IMG/VR virus record: IMGVR_UViG_3300017754_000610 | Span: 1 to 35,062 of that record | DNA length: 35,062 bases | Reading direction: 5' to 3' (one strand) | Source of the DNA: a virus | Taxonomy: Duplodnaviria; Caudoviricetes | Shown here: one piece after another, positions 4,652-13,339 of the stretch | Layout of the letters: each line of letters begins with the position of its first letter | Position numbering within the stretch: position 1 is the stretch's first letter | The notes under the pieces: generated by a model | Told to the model about the DNA's origin: nothing | The model's database searches: none | The model's input: only the letters and a program-made list of their open reading frames with translations | Position numbers and translations under genes: made by a program

Positions 4652-7579
4652 ATGGCAGAAGAATACGAACTAGGCACCGTTGGCCCTGTACCAACCGTTA
4701 ACCCCAATGTAGCAAAAATTGGGGAAATGCTTAAAATTGCCAAAAAATATGCGGATCGTTATTACGTTAAAGATTACGTTCCATTAATTGGTGGAACTAC
4801 CCTGGGTGAGTTTCTTTTGGGCAAAGCACCGGAAGAAGTTGAACGTTGGGGCCAGGGTGATTATCCATTTAGAAACCCATCATCCGTAGTAGGAACCGGC
4901 GGCAACCGTTTGGATGTATGGAAAACGGGCCGATTTGAACCTACTTTTGACGTACTTGCTAACGTGGCACTTCCGGCCGTAGGAACAGGGCAAGTAGTTG
5001 CTAGAACAACTAAAAACTTACCAGTTGGCGCAAGCATTATGGGGCCGGAATCTGCATCTTGGAAACCTGAAATGGCGTTCCAAGCTGGAAAGATGGAAGC
5101 TAAAGGGGCCAAACCGGATGAAATATACGAAGCTACCGGCATGGTTCGGGGCTTGGATAACCAATGGCGTACAGAACTTAGTGATCAATTTGCCAAAATG
5201 AAAACTAAAGGTGATATGTTTAGTGAACATTACATGGCCGCTAAAGATATTGCACCATTGCAAGTGCATTTAATTAAAGCTGAAGAAGCCAAATATGGCC
5301 GTAGCCCACCAAAATTGCATGAAATGACTGATAAAGAAAGAAATGATTACGACATTTTTAGAAAAGAAAAGATTGAAGAACATGGACGTTTAAGTAATGC
5401 ACCAGTTACGGTTAAAGATGTATTAGATCATCCTGAATTGCTTAAAGCTTATCCGCATTTAGGGGATATAAAAGTTAAAGTTGGTAGTGGGCACGGCGGT
5501 CAACGTGGAAGTTATAACGAAGGTCAAAACACTATTACATTAGCTTCTTATTTAGATACCGAACAATCCCGATCTACTATGTTGCATGAACTAACCCATG
5601 CAATACAAAGTAAAGAAGGATTTAACAGGGGCGGCAATCCTGATATGTTTACGCATCAAAATTTAGCTTTACAACTAAAGCAAAATTTAGAAATTAGGGA
5701 CGTGGCCGATGTAATAAAAAAAGGTATGCCGGATGCAACTGAAGCAGACGTTTTAGCAAAATTAGAAAATATCTATAAAAACAAAGGTTTTGACCAAGAT
5801 TATTTAAAAAATGCGTTGGATCGTGATTATTGGTCCGATGACATAGCTAAAAAAATTGTTACAGAATATGGTTTAGATAAAAGAGAAATTCCATATTCAA
5901 AAGAAGAAATGTATAGAAACTTGGCTGGGGAAGCTGAAGCCAGGATGGTGCAAAACAGATTAGATTTATCGCCTGAAGAATTACGTCAAAATTTTCCGTA
6001 TCAATATGCACCAAATAAATATGGTTTAGATATTGATCCTGACAGGGCAAACGTTATTAGTGACCGTGGCCAATTAATTAATGAACCATCACAAAGCTTA
6101 GACATAAAGGGGTATCAAGATGAAGGAAATTATAGAAGGGTGGCAGAACCACAATCAAACCTTGAAAAGTTTGGGATTACCGGAAATGACCAAACAAGAT
6201 TACCAGGCGGCCTTATTGAGAACGCCGGTAGAATCACACGAAGAAGCAATCCGGATGACATTGCGAAATCGGCCGAACTTATCCAAGCCAACTTAAACAA
6301 TCCGCAATTCAACAAAGCTTTAGCATTAGCGCAAAAACACAACCCTGATTTTGATATACAGGCTATTAAAGATATGCCTGAATCATCCCTAGGCAAACAA
6401 CATTCTATTGCTAGAACTTATGATTTGTTGACTAAAGATAGCGTTTCGCCCCAGCTAAAAAATGCCATATTTGATGATTACATGGCTAAATACCCTGACA
6501 TGATGAAACAGTACGGGGTTAAAGATTATGATGATTTAGTAGAAAAATCATATGCCCAGCTAAGAAAAGAAATTGACCAGCAATTTGATGACATGGTTAA
6601 AGGCGGTATGAAATTGTCGTACCACCAAGGCGATGCTAATTACCTGGATTCCAGGGAAATGCTACGGGATGCCCTGGTAAACAACCATTTATATACCTAC
6701 CGTGGCGGTGACGTACACCCATTGCTAAATGAAATGGATGAATTTTATGGCCTGAACAGTAACGAAAAGTTCCGGGCGGTCCATGATTTTTTTGGTCACG
6801 GCACAACCGGTGCAACTTTTGGCCGCAAAGGTGAAGAAATTGCATACGGTGCCCATGCCCAAACATTAAGCCCATTAGCTAGGATAGCGGCCGCCGCTGA
6901 AACCAGGGGCCAAAACAGTTTTGTTAACTATTCCGGCATTAATGCTGATTTGGAACAAAAGATGATGTCAACTAGGATTGCTAGGGACCAGGCCGTACAC
7001 CGGGGTGAATCACCTGATCAATACGATGCCATTTTGCGTGATTTAGGCGGCCAATGGCAGTACGCAAAACAACAAGGCGTGGCTTTACCACCGGATATGC
7101 TGGAAGCTGGTTACAAGGGTGAAATGCCTGATTACATTAAAGGCAATTTATTTCCTGAATACGGTGTAAGCCATAAGGGCTACCATTATTCCAACATATC
7201 AGACCTGGAATCAACTGATCCAGCCAAGTATGGCTATGGAATCCGGGGCGCAGAAGCTAAAAGATTAGCCCTTCCAGGATCAATTAAGGAACGTACCTAT
7301 TTTTACAATGAACCAGGTATGCGTGAACCTGGCCTTGGACCAAACCAATATGAAGCAGATTTAAACCATTTTTACGATACTGAATCTGATCCAGCCGGGA
7401 TTATTCGTATGGCAGATAACTTTAATCGTGACAAAAACGGCATACTAGATACTGCCGGCAAAGCTAATGATATTGAACGCATGATGCGTGAAGCCGGGTA
7501 TCACGGTTACTTTAATCAAAACACCGGAGTAGGTATATCTTTTGAGCCACAAATAGTGCGTGAATATTCACGTGAATAA
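4652..7579 (+). CDS. Large polyvalent protein: LPD23-like + HExxH metallopeptidase + FRAVHDxxGH domain + C-terminal ART-like domain
   Basis: ATGMVRGLDNQWRTELSD (protein), ELLKAYP, HELTHAIQ, GEAEAR, FRAVHDFFGH, YHYS...RTYFY...GYHGY. Confidence 0.75.
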   Translation: MAEEYELGTVGPVPTVNPNVAKIGEMLKIAKKYADRYYVKDYVPLIGGTTLGEFLLGKAPEEVERWGQGDYPFRNPSSVVGTGGNRLDVWKTGRFEPTFDVLANVALPAVGTGQVVARTTKNLPVGASIMGPESASWKPEMAFQAGKMEAKGAKPDEIYEATGMVRGLDNQWRTELSDQFAKMKTKGDMFSEHYMAAKDIAPLQVHLIKAEEAKYGRSPPKLHEMTDKERNDYDIFRKEKIEEHGRLSNAPVTVKDVLDHPELLKAYPHLGDIKVKVGSGHGGQRGSYNEGQNTITLASYLDTEQSRSTMLHELTHAIQSKEGFNRGGNPDMFTHQNLALQLKQNLEIRDVADVIKKGMPDATEADVLAKLENIYKNKGFDQDYLKNALDRDYWSDDIAKKIVTEYGLDKREIPYSKEEMYRNLAGEAEARMVQNRLDLSPEELRQNFPYQYAPNKYGLDIDPDRANVISDRGQLINEPSQSLDIKGYQDEGNYRRVAEPQSNLEKFGITGNDQTRLPGGLIENAGRITRRSNPDDIAKSAELIQANLNNPQFNKALALAQKHNPDFDIQAIKDMPESSLGKQHSIARTYDLLTKDSVSPQLKNAIFDDYMAKYPDMMKQYGVKDYDDLVEKSYAQLRKEIDQQFDDMVKGGMKLSYHQGDANYLDSREMLRDALVNNHLYTYRGGDVHPLLNEMDEFYGLNSNEKFRAVHDFFGHGTTGATFGRKGEEIAYGAHAQTLSPLARIAAAAETRGQNSFVNYSGINADLEQKMMSTRIARDQAVHRGESPDQYDAILRDLGGQWQYAKQQGVALPPDMLEAGYKGEMPDYIKGNLFPEYGVSHKGYHYSNISDLESTDPAKYGYGIRGAEAKRLALPGSIKERTYFYNEPGMREPGLGPNQYEADLNHFYDTESDPAGIIRMADNFNRDKNGILDTAGKANDIERMMREAGYHGYFNQNTGVGISFEPQIVREYSRE
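6120..6296 (+). CDS. Candidate nested 58-aa gene in +1 frame within the polyvalent-protein linker
   Basis: AAAGGGG SD 7 nt before ATG; MKEIIEGWQNHNQTLKSLGLPEMTKQDYQAALL...; host frame has atypical codons here. Confidence 0.55.
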   Translation: MKEIIEGWQNHNQTLKSLGLPEMTKQDYQAALLRTPVESHEEAIRMTLRNRPNLSKPT

Positions 7580-7645
7580 TTGACAAAGTAGTAAAATAGC
7601 GGAAAATGTAGTTTGTATTACCCCCATCACATAGGAGAACTAATC

Positions 7646-7873
7646 ATGGGCAAAATGGATTCAATGAAGGGCGTACCTTCAACAACTGGCGCAACTGCAC
7701 CTAAAGGCGTTGATTCTTCTGATACTACCGGTGAACGCATGGGCAAAATTGTTAATGGCGTAGCTATGGGCAAAGAAGATATGACCGGTGCTGACAAACA
7801 GTTCAACACAGGCCGTACCGCTGGTATTTGCTATACGCATACCCGTGATTGCTACCAACCATGTAACGACTAA
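7646..7873 (+). CDS. Hypothetical protein (start moved to MGKMDS)
   Basis: AGGAG SD before ATG 7646. Confidence 0.75.
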   Translation: MGKMDSMKGVPSTTGATAPKGVDSSDTTGERMGKIVNGVAMGKEDMTGADKQFNTGRTAGICYTHTRDCYQPCND

Positions 7874-7875
7874 TT

Positions 7876-8142
7876 ATGCCATTTACCGCTGATCTAAACC
7901 CCAAGGGCAGTAAATCTATGGATTTGCTGGAAATGGTCAAAATGGAAGATTATTTGGAACGCAGAAAAGCTTTATCTGCGCCACGGCCAGCCGTTAAACC
8001 GGCGGCAAAAACGGCTACACCAGCCGCAGATGCCATTTTGGCTAAACCAATTCCAAATAATATGTTGAAAAGTAGTGCTGATGATATTGGTACTGAATTT
8101 AAGTTCAATAGCAAGCAACATATGAACGACAACATGGGATAA
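7876..8142 (+). CDS. Hypothetical protein sharing its N-terminus with ejection protein 25357-26799
   Basis: FTADLNPKG identical in both proteins. Confidence 0.7.
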   Translation: MPFTADLNPKGSKSMDLLEMVKMEDYLERRKALSAPRPAVKPAAKTATPAADAILAKPIPNNMLKSSADDIGTEFKFNSKQHMNDNMG

Positions 8143-8214
8143 AGCGAAAAGCCCTAGCACGTGAAGGTAAACTAGGGCCTTTCTAACCAAATACAACCAA
8201 TCGGAGTAGTTGCA

Positions 8215-8541
8215 ATGGCTAATGTTGATTTTATATTAAAACCCTTGGGGGACAAAATTGTTGTTCGCCCGGATAAACGCATTTTAAGCACTACCATTAT
8301 TGTTAAAAACAAAGAGGTAGATAACATGGGCACGGTAGTAGCCGTAGGCCCTGGTAAGAAGATTAAAGGCCGCCGGGAAGCAATGCCGGTACAAATAGGC
8401 GATTACGTCAGATTTGGCACGATGGGTAACGATGAATACCTAAAATATCAAGAATACTTTACTAACAATGAACGTTATCTGATAATGTCATGGCAAGACG
8501 TATGTTTTATAACTGACGGAGAACAAGCAAATGGCAACTAA
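8215..8541 (+). CDS. groES: Phage-encoded GroES/Cpn10-like co-chaperonin
   Basis: LKPLGDKIVVRP, GTVVAVGPG, VQIGDYVRF and YLIMSWQDV match the Cpn10 pattern. Confidence 0.9.
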   Translation: MANVDFILKPLGDKIVVRPDKRILSTTIIVKNKEVDNMGTVVAVGPGKKIKGRREAMPVQIGDYVRFGTMGNDEYLKYQEYFTNNERYLIMSWQDVCFITDGEQANGN

Positions 8542-8698
8542 ACCCGGTTTGTATGCAAATATTCATAAAAAGCAAGAACGGATTGAAAAGCAAAAGGAAG
8601 CTGGCGGCAAAGTAGAACGGATGCGTACACCTGGTAGCAAAGGCGCACCAACTGCCCAGGCGTTTAAAGATTCTGCTAAAACTGCAAAGAAGAAGTAA
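8531..8698 (+). CDS. 55-aa basic protein (not in ORF track)
   Basis: MATKPGLYANIHKKQERI...GSKGAPTAQAFKDSAKTAKKK; GGAG SD. Confidence 0.75.
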   Translation: MATKPGLYANIHKKQERIEKQKEAGGKVERMRTPGSKGAPTAQAFKDSAKTAKKK

Positions 8699-8700
8699 TT

Positions 8701-8979
8701 ATGGCTACTAAAAAACACGATAAGCCGATTGCCCATAAAACCACCGGCAAAGATAAAACGTATAACCCTACTGATAAGGGTGCTGGCATGACTGCTAAAG
8801 GCCGTGCTGAATATAACGCCAAAAACAACGCTAATTTAAAACCCCCAGCACCAAATCCTAAGACAGAAAAGGATAAGGGGCGTAAGGCATCATTTTGTGC
8901 CAGGATGGAAGGCGTAGTAAAGAACGCTAAAGGACCAGCGGAACGTGCTAAAGCAAGCTTGAAGAACTGGAACTGCTAA
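8701..8979 (+). CDS. Small basic phage protein
   Basis: K-rich, RKASFCARM...WNC motif. Confidence 0.8.
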   Translation: MATKKHDKPIAHKTTGKDKTYNPTDKGAGMTAKGRAEYNAKNNANLKPPAPNPKTEKDKGRKASFCARMEGVVKNAKGPAERAKASLKNWNC

Positions 8980-9245
8980 TGTTTAAGCGGCTAATTGAAT
9001 GGATGATTAGCGTATTTGAGCCAGTTCCCAAGCCTATTGCAAAACCTAAACCCCGGCCCCAAGTAAAGAAAGCCACAACACGAAAGACCACTATGCCATT
9101 AACTAAAAGCACCAGCCCTAAAGCATTTAAGGAAAACGTAAAAGCTGAAATTAAGGCCGGTAAGAAACCTGACCAGGCAGTAGCTATTGCATATTCGGTT
9201 AAACGTGAAGCGGCAAAAAAACCAACAACGAAAGGAAAAAAATGA
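8979..9245 (+). CDS. Small basic protein (possible internal start MPLTKS at 9093)
   Basis: K-rich, QAVAIAYS motif; coupled to neighbours. Confidence 0.7.
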   Translation: MFKRLIEWMISVFEPVPKPIAKPKPRPQVKKATTRKTTMPLTKSTSPKAFKENVKAEIKAGKKPDQAVAIAYSVKREAAKKPTTKGKK

Positions 9246-9454
9246 TCACTTTTGCAGATATTGAAGTTAAAGACGTACAACTAATCCTGGCCGGCTTAAA
9301 GAAGCTACCAATGGAACTTGTTGAAGAACTTCATAACAGACTATTAGCAAGTGCTAATGAGCAATGGATAGCTAAAAACAAGCCAGTAGAAGGTTTTAAG
9401 CCGGAAGATATTACAATTGTTAAGAAAGCTGAAGAACCAGCTACGGCAGAGTAA
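9242..9454 (+). CDS. Hypothetical protein
   Basis: 70-aa ORF, AAGGA SD, ATGA overlap. Confidence 0.75.
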   Translation: MITFADIEVKDVQLILAGLKKLPMELVEELHNRLLASANEQWIAKNKPVEGFKPEDITIVKKAEEPATAE

Positions 9455-9471
9455 AGAAAGCTTTACAAATC

Positions 9472-9789
9472 ATGACATTACCAGTTAATTCAACCGTTGA
9501 TAAAGGTGGTGCCCCAGTAGGCAATGACAATGCCAAGAAGGGGAAGCTATTCTATGATCAATTGCGTAAGGTGCTGGTACAGAATGACCAATTGAAGCTA
9601 CGCCAGGTTAGTGAAAAGCTAGTGGATGCCGCTATTGAGGGTGAACCCTGGGCAGTAAAGGAAATAATTGATAGGATGGATGGCAAACCAGTAGCCGTTC
9701 AGGAAATACAAGGCCCTGATGGAACACAACTGAAGGCTGGTTTTGTATTAACTTTTGAAGAACCTAATGGCAACAATTCAGGAAGCTAA
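9472..9789 (+). CDS. terS: Terminase small subunit (putative)
   Basis: GGAPVGNDNA start, WAVKEIIDRMDGKP, EIQGPDG tail; immediately upstream of TerL. Confidence 0.75.
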   Translation: MTLPVNSTVDKGGAPVGNDNAKKGKLFYDQLRKVLVQNDQLKLRQVSEKLVDAAIEGEPWAVKEIIDRMDGKPVAVQEIQGPDGTQLKAGFVLTFEEPNGNNSGS

Positions 9790-11047
9790 AGCCAAGGCAC
9801 GGTTCCCGGCAAAACTTAAATGCTTATTTGAACCGGCCAATGCCCGATACCGTGTTTTATACGGTGGCCGGGGTGGCAGTAAATCTTGGAACATTGCCAG
9901 GGCACTTTTGCTGAAGGGATGCGAAAACCAAATACGGGTACTATGCGCCCGTGAATTCCAAACCAGCATTAAAGATTCGGTCCATAAACTGTTATGCGAT
10001 CAAATATTTGCCCTGGAAATAGAAGCCCATTATGAAATTACTGAACGCACCATTAGGGGCATAAACGGTACAGAATTCATATTTGTAGGCGTTAAAAACA
10101 ATACAAACAACGTTAAATCCATTGAAGGTATTGATATTTGCTGGGTGGAAGAAGCCCAATCTGTAAGCCCTAATAGTTGGAACGTCCTGGTACCAACCAT
10201 TCGTAAAGCCAATAGCGAAATATGGATTAGCTTTAACCCTGAACTGCCCACGGATGAAACCTGGAAGCGGTTTGTAATGCACCCACCGGAAAATTCAGTA
10301 ATACAAAAGATTAATTGGAACGACAACCCCTGGTTCCCTGAAGTATTGGACCTAGAACGCCGTGCCCTTCAAGGAAGGGATGTAGAAGCATATAACAACG
10401 TATGGGAAGGAATTCCCCGGCAAACGGTAGATGGTGCCATATTTGCTAAAGAAGTCACTATGGCCGAATTAGAAGGCCGTATCTGTAACGTACCTTACGA
10501 TGCAACTAAGGGCGTTCATGCCGTTTTTGATTTAGGCTGGGCAGACCAAACGGCCGTGTGGCTACTTCAATTTGTAGGTCAAGAAACCAGGCTATTACGT
10601 TATTTTGAAGATAGCCAGCAAACTATTAGTTATTACATGGCCAAGCTTCAATCGTTTGGCTACGTGTACGACACCATATGGCTACCGCATGATGCTAAAG
10701 CCAAATCCCTGGGTACTGGCAAATCTATTGAAGAAATTGTTAGGGCTACCGGCATGAAGGTACAAATCTTGGACCGGGTGCCAGTAAATGACAGTATCAA
10801 TGCGGCCAGGACTATCTTTAACAAATGCTATTTTGATAGGCAAAATACTGAAGAAGGCTTACAATGCCTTAGACACTATCGGTATGACGTTGACCCTGAT
10901 ACGAAAATGTTTAGTGCCAAGCCACTACACGATGAATATTCGCACGGGGCCGATGCCTTCCGGTACATTGGTTTAATGATTAATGAACCTAGAAAAGCCC
11001 AGCCAAAAAGGGCTAATCAACGGACACAAGTAGGCTGGATGGGATAA
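9767..11047 (+). CDS. terL: Terminase large subunit, PBSX-like
   Basis: Walker A YGGRGGSKS, Walker B WVEEAQ, FNP motif, C-terminal nuclease DLG...HGADAFRY. Confidence 0.95.
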   Translation: MATIQEAKAKARFPAKLKCLFEPANARYRVLYGGRGGSKSWNIARALLLKGCENQIRVLCAREFQTSIKDSVHKLLCDQIFALEIEAHYEITERTIRGINGTEFIFVGVKNNTNNVKSIEGIDICWVEEAQSVSPNSWNVLVPTIRKANSEIWISFNPELPTDETWKRFVMHPPENSVIQKINWNDNPWFPEVLDLERRALQGRDVEAYNNVWEGIPRQTVDGAIFAKEVTMAELEGRICNVPYDATKGVHAVFDLGWADQTAVWLLQFVGQETRLLRYFEDSQQTISYYMAKLQSFGYVYDTIWLPHDAKAKSLGTGKSIEEIVRATGMKVQILDRVPVNDSINAARTIFNKCYFDRQNTEEGLQCLRHYRYDVDPDTKMFSAKPLHDEYSHGADAFRYIGLMINEPRKAQPKRANQRTQVGWMG

Positions 11048-11049
11048 AT

Positions 11050-13254
11050 ATGGCTGACAACTACGATGAAAAGAAATATTACGGTGACTTAGACGGCGAT
11101 CCCCGGATTTCAGAAGCAATTGAATTCTTACGCCAGGCCGCCGAAGCTGATACTACTAACCGTCAAGAAGCTTTAGATGATGTAAAGTTTGCCGCTGGTG
11201 ATCAATGGCCAGTAGAAATTCAAAATAGCCGTACTTTAGAAGCCAGGCCATGCCTAACCATCAATAAAGTTGATGCGTATGTAAGACAGATTTGTAACCA
11301 GCAACGCCAGCAACGCCCACGGATTAAGTGCCAGGGCATGAATAATCAAACCGATGCCAAGATGGCCCAAATGATTACTGGTATTTGCCGACACGTAGAA
11401 GTTAATTCCAATGCTGATCATGCATATGACACGGCGTTTGATTTTGCGGTACGTATGGGATGGGGTTATTGGCGTGTAACTACGGACTATGTACGCCCTG
11501 ATTCGTTTGACCAGGAAATTTACATAAAACCAATTGATAACCCTTTTACCGTTTATTTTGATCCTAATTCAACTGCCCCGGATGGTTCCGATGCTGAAAA
11601 ATGCCTTGTTACCGTGGTCATGGCTAAAGAAAACTTTAGAAAAATGTACCCGGATGCCGATGATGGCGGTAGCTTTTCTGCCCGTGGAACCGGTGATAGC
11701 AATAGCGAATGGGTAACAAAACACGATATACGCATTGCAGAATACTTTTATACCCGTATTGAAAGCACATACCTGGTACTGTTATCTGACGGCACAACTG
11801 CTTATGAAGATGAATTACCAAATAAAGAAACAATGGAATTGGCTGGTGTATTTGAAATAAGCCGCCGTAAAACATTTAGAAAATCCATTAAATGGTGCAA
11901 ATTAACTGCCATGCAAGTGCTAGAAGAAGGCACCTGGGCCGGTAAATATATACCAATCGTGCCAACTTATGGCCAACAATGCGTAGTAGATAACAAGCGC
12001 AAGAAGTTTGGCCTGGTACGTATGGCTAAAGACCCCCAGCGGATGTATAACTTTTGGCAAACATCCATGACAGAATCCGTAGCCCTGGCACCCAAGGCTA
12101 AATGGATCATGGCAGAAGGCCAAGACGAAAACCACGAATCAGAATGGGCTAGTGCCAACAATACGTCTTTTTCTTATTTGCGTTACAAGCAAACAGACAT
12201 TAACGGGGTGCCAGCACCACCCCCAATACGCCAAGCCCCGGAACAACCACCGGTAGCAATTATGGCGGCGGCACAATCAATTACTCAGGATTTGCAGTCA
12301 GTAGTAGGCATTTTTGACCCTAGCCAATTGCCACAAGGCATGATTAGCGGTAAGGCATTAAATGGTCAGCAAATGCAAACTGACATGACTAATTACCATT
12401 ATTACGACAATTTGACCCGTTCAATTGCCCATACTGGCCGAATTATTCTTGATTTAATACCCAAGATTTATAGCCAGGAACGTGTAATGCGGATTATTGG
12501 GGATGATGGTAAACCCGAATTAACCACGGTAAACCAGCGCACAGGCGAAACGGATGAAAACGGCATTGAAAAGATACTGAATGACGTAACCGTTGGTGAA
12601 TATGACGTAGTTATGGAAACTGGCCCTGGTTACAACACTAAACGCCAGGAAGCGGTTGATTCTATGATGTCATTATTGGCCGCTGATCCTAATTTAATGA
12701 ACCAAGCCGGTGATTTAATCTTTAGAAACATGGATTTCCCTGGTGCAGACATTATTGCTGACCGCCTAGCCGCAGTTAATCCAATGGCCCAAATTGATGA
12801 AAAATCACCAATACCGCCACAAGTTCAAATGCAATTGGCCGCAAATCAGCAACAAATGCAAGCCATGCAAAAGCAGATTGAAGTTATGTCAATGGTTATG
12901 AAGTACCGCACCGATGTAGAAGCAGTACGTCAAACTGGTGAAGATCGCCGTGCCGTTATTGCCGCTGAAGTTAAGATGCGTGACCAAAATACCCGGTCAT
13001 TGACAAGCCAAAACAAGACCGAAATTGAAGCTTTGATGAAGCTAATTCTTGGTCAAATGGATACGTCCAGGTTAGAAGCTGAAATTATGTCAAGAAATCA
13101 AGAACAGTACCAAATGATGAATAACGCCACCAATGCCATTGAAGATAATATGGCCGTAATGGCACCTAATCCTGAACAAATACAACAACAACAACGAATG
13201 GCGCAACAATCCCAACAAATGCCACAAGGACAACCGCCACAACAAATGATGTAG
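11050..13254 (+). CDS. P22-like portal protein
   Basis: GDQWP, RPCLTIN, KDPQRMYN motifs; 734 aa with Q/M-rich coiled-coil tail; follows TerL. Confidence 0.92.
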   Translation: MADNYDEKKYYGDLDGDPRISEAIEFLRQAAEADTTNRQEALDDVKFAAGDQWPVEIQNSRTLEARPCLTINKVDAYVRQICNQQRQQRPRIKCQGMNNQTDAKMAQMITGICRHVEVNSNADHAYDTAFDFAVRMGWGYWRVTTDYVRPDSFDQEIYIKPIDNPFTVYFDPNSTAPDGSDAEKCLVTVVMAKENFRKMYPDADDGGSFSARGTGDSNSEWVTKHDIRIAEYFYTRIESTYLVLLSDGTTAYEDELPNKETMELAGVFEISRRKTFRKSIKWCKLTAMQVLEEGTWAGKYIPIVPTYGQQCVVDNKRKKFGLVRMAKDPQRMYNFWQTSMTESVALAPKAKWIMAEGQDENHESEWASANNTSFSYLRYKQTDINGVPAPPPIRQAPEQPPVAIMAAAQSITQDLQSVVGIFDPSQLPQGMISGKALNGQQMQTDMTNYHYYDNLTRSIAHTGRIILDLIPKIYSQERVMRIIGDDGKPELTTVNQRTGETDENGIEKILNDVTVGEYDVVMETGPGYNTKRQEAVDSMMSLLAADPNLMNQAGDLIFRNMDFPGADIIADRLAAVNPMAQIDEKSPIPPQVQMQLAANQQQMQAMQKQIEVMSMVMKYRTDVEAVRQTGEDRRAVIAAEVKMRDQNTRSLTSQNKTEIEALMKLILGQMDTSRLEAEIMSRNQEQYQMMNNATNAIEDNMAVMAPNPEQIQQQQRMAQQSQQMPQGQPPQQMM

Positions 13255-13283
13255 TTGCAAAACACTAGATATAGTATTAAGAT
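13255..13283 (+). promoter_or_regulatory. Predicted sigma70 promoter for scaffold/capsid genes
   Basis: TTGCAA-N17-TAAGAT in intergenic gap. Confidence 0.55.
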
Positions 13284-13339
13284 TACTTAACAACACTACC
13301 TATGGTGTATTCATAGGGTTAATTCTTGGGATAATAACC

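Noticed and set aside
7580-7607. TTGACA after the polyvalent gene as a promoter
   Set aside because: The -10 at suitable spacing is poor (GAAAAT at 16 bp); left uncalled
13140-13254. Q/M-rich low-complexity portal tail
   Set aside because: Ordinary disordered extension of a P22-like portal barrel; no DNA-level repeat unit
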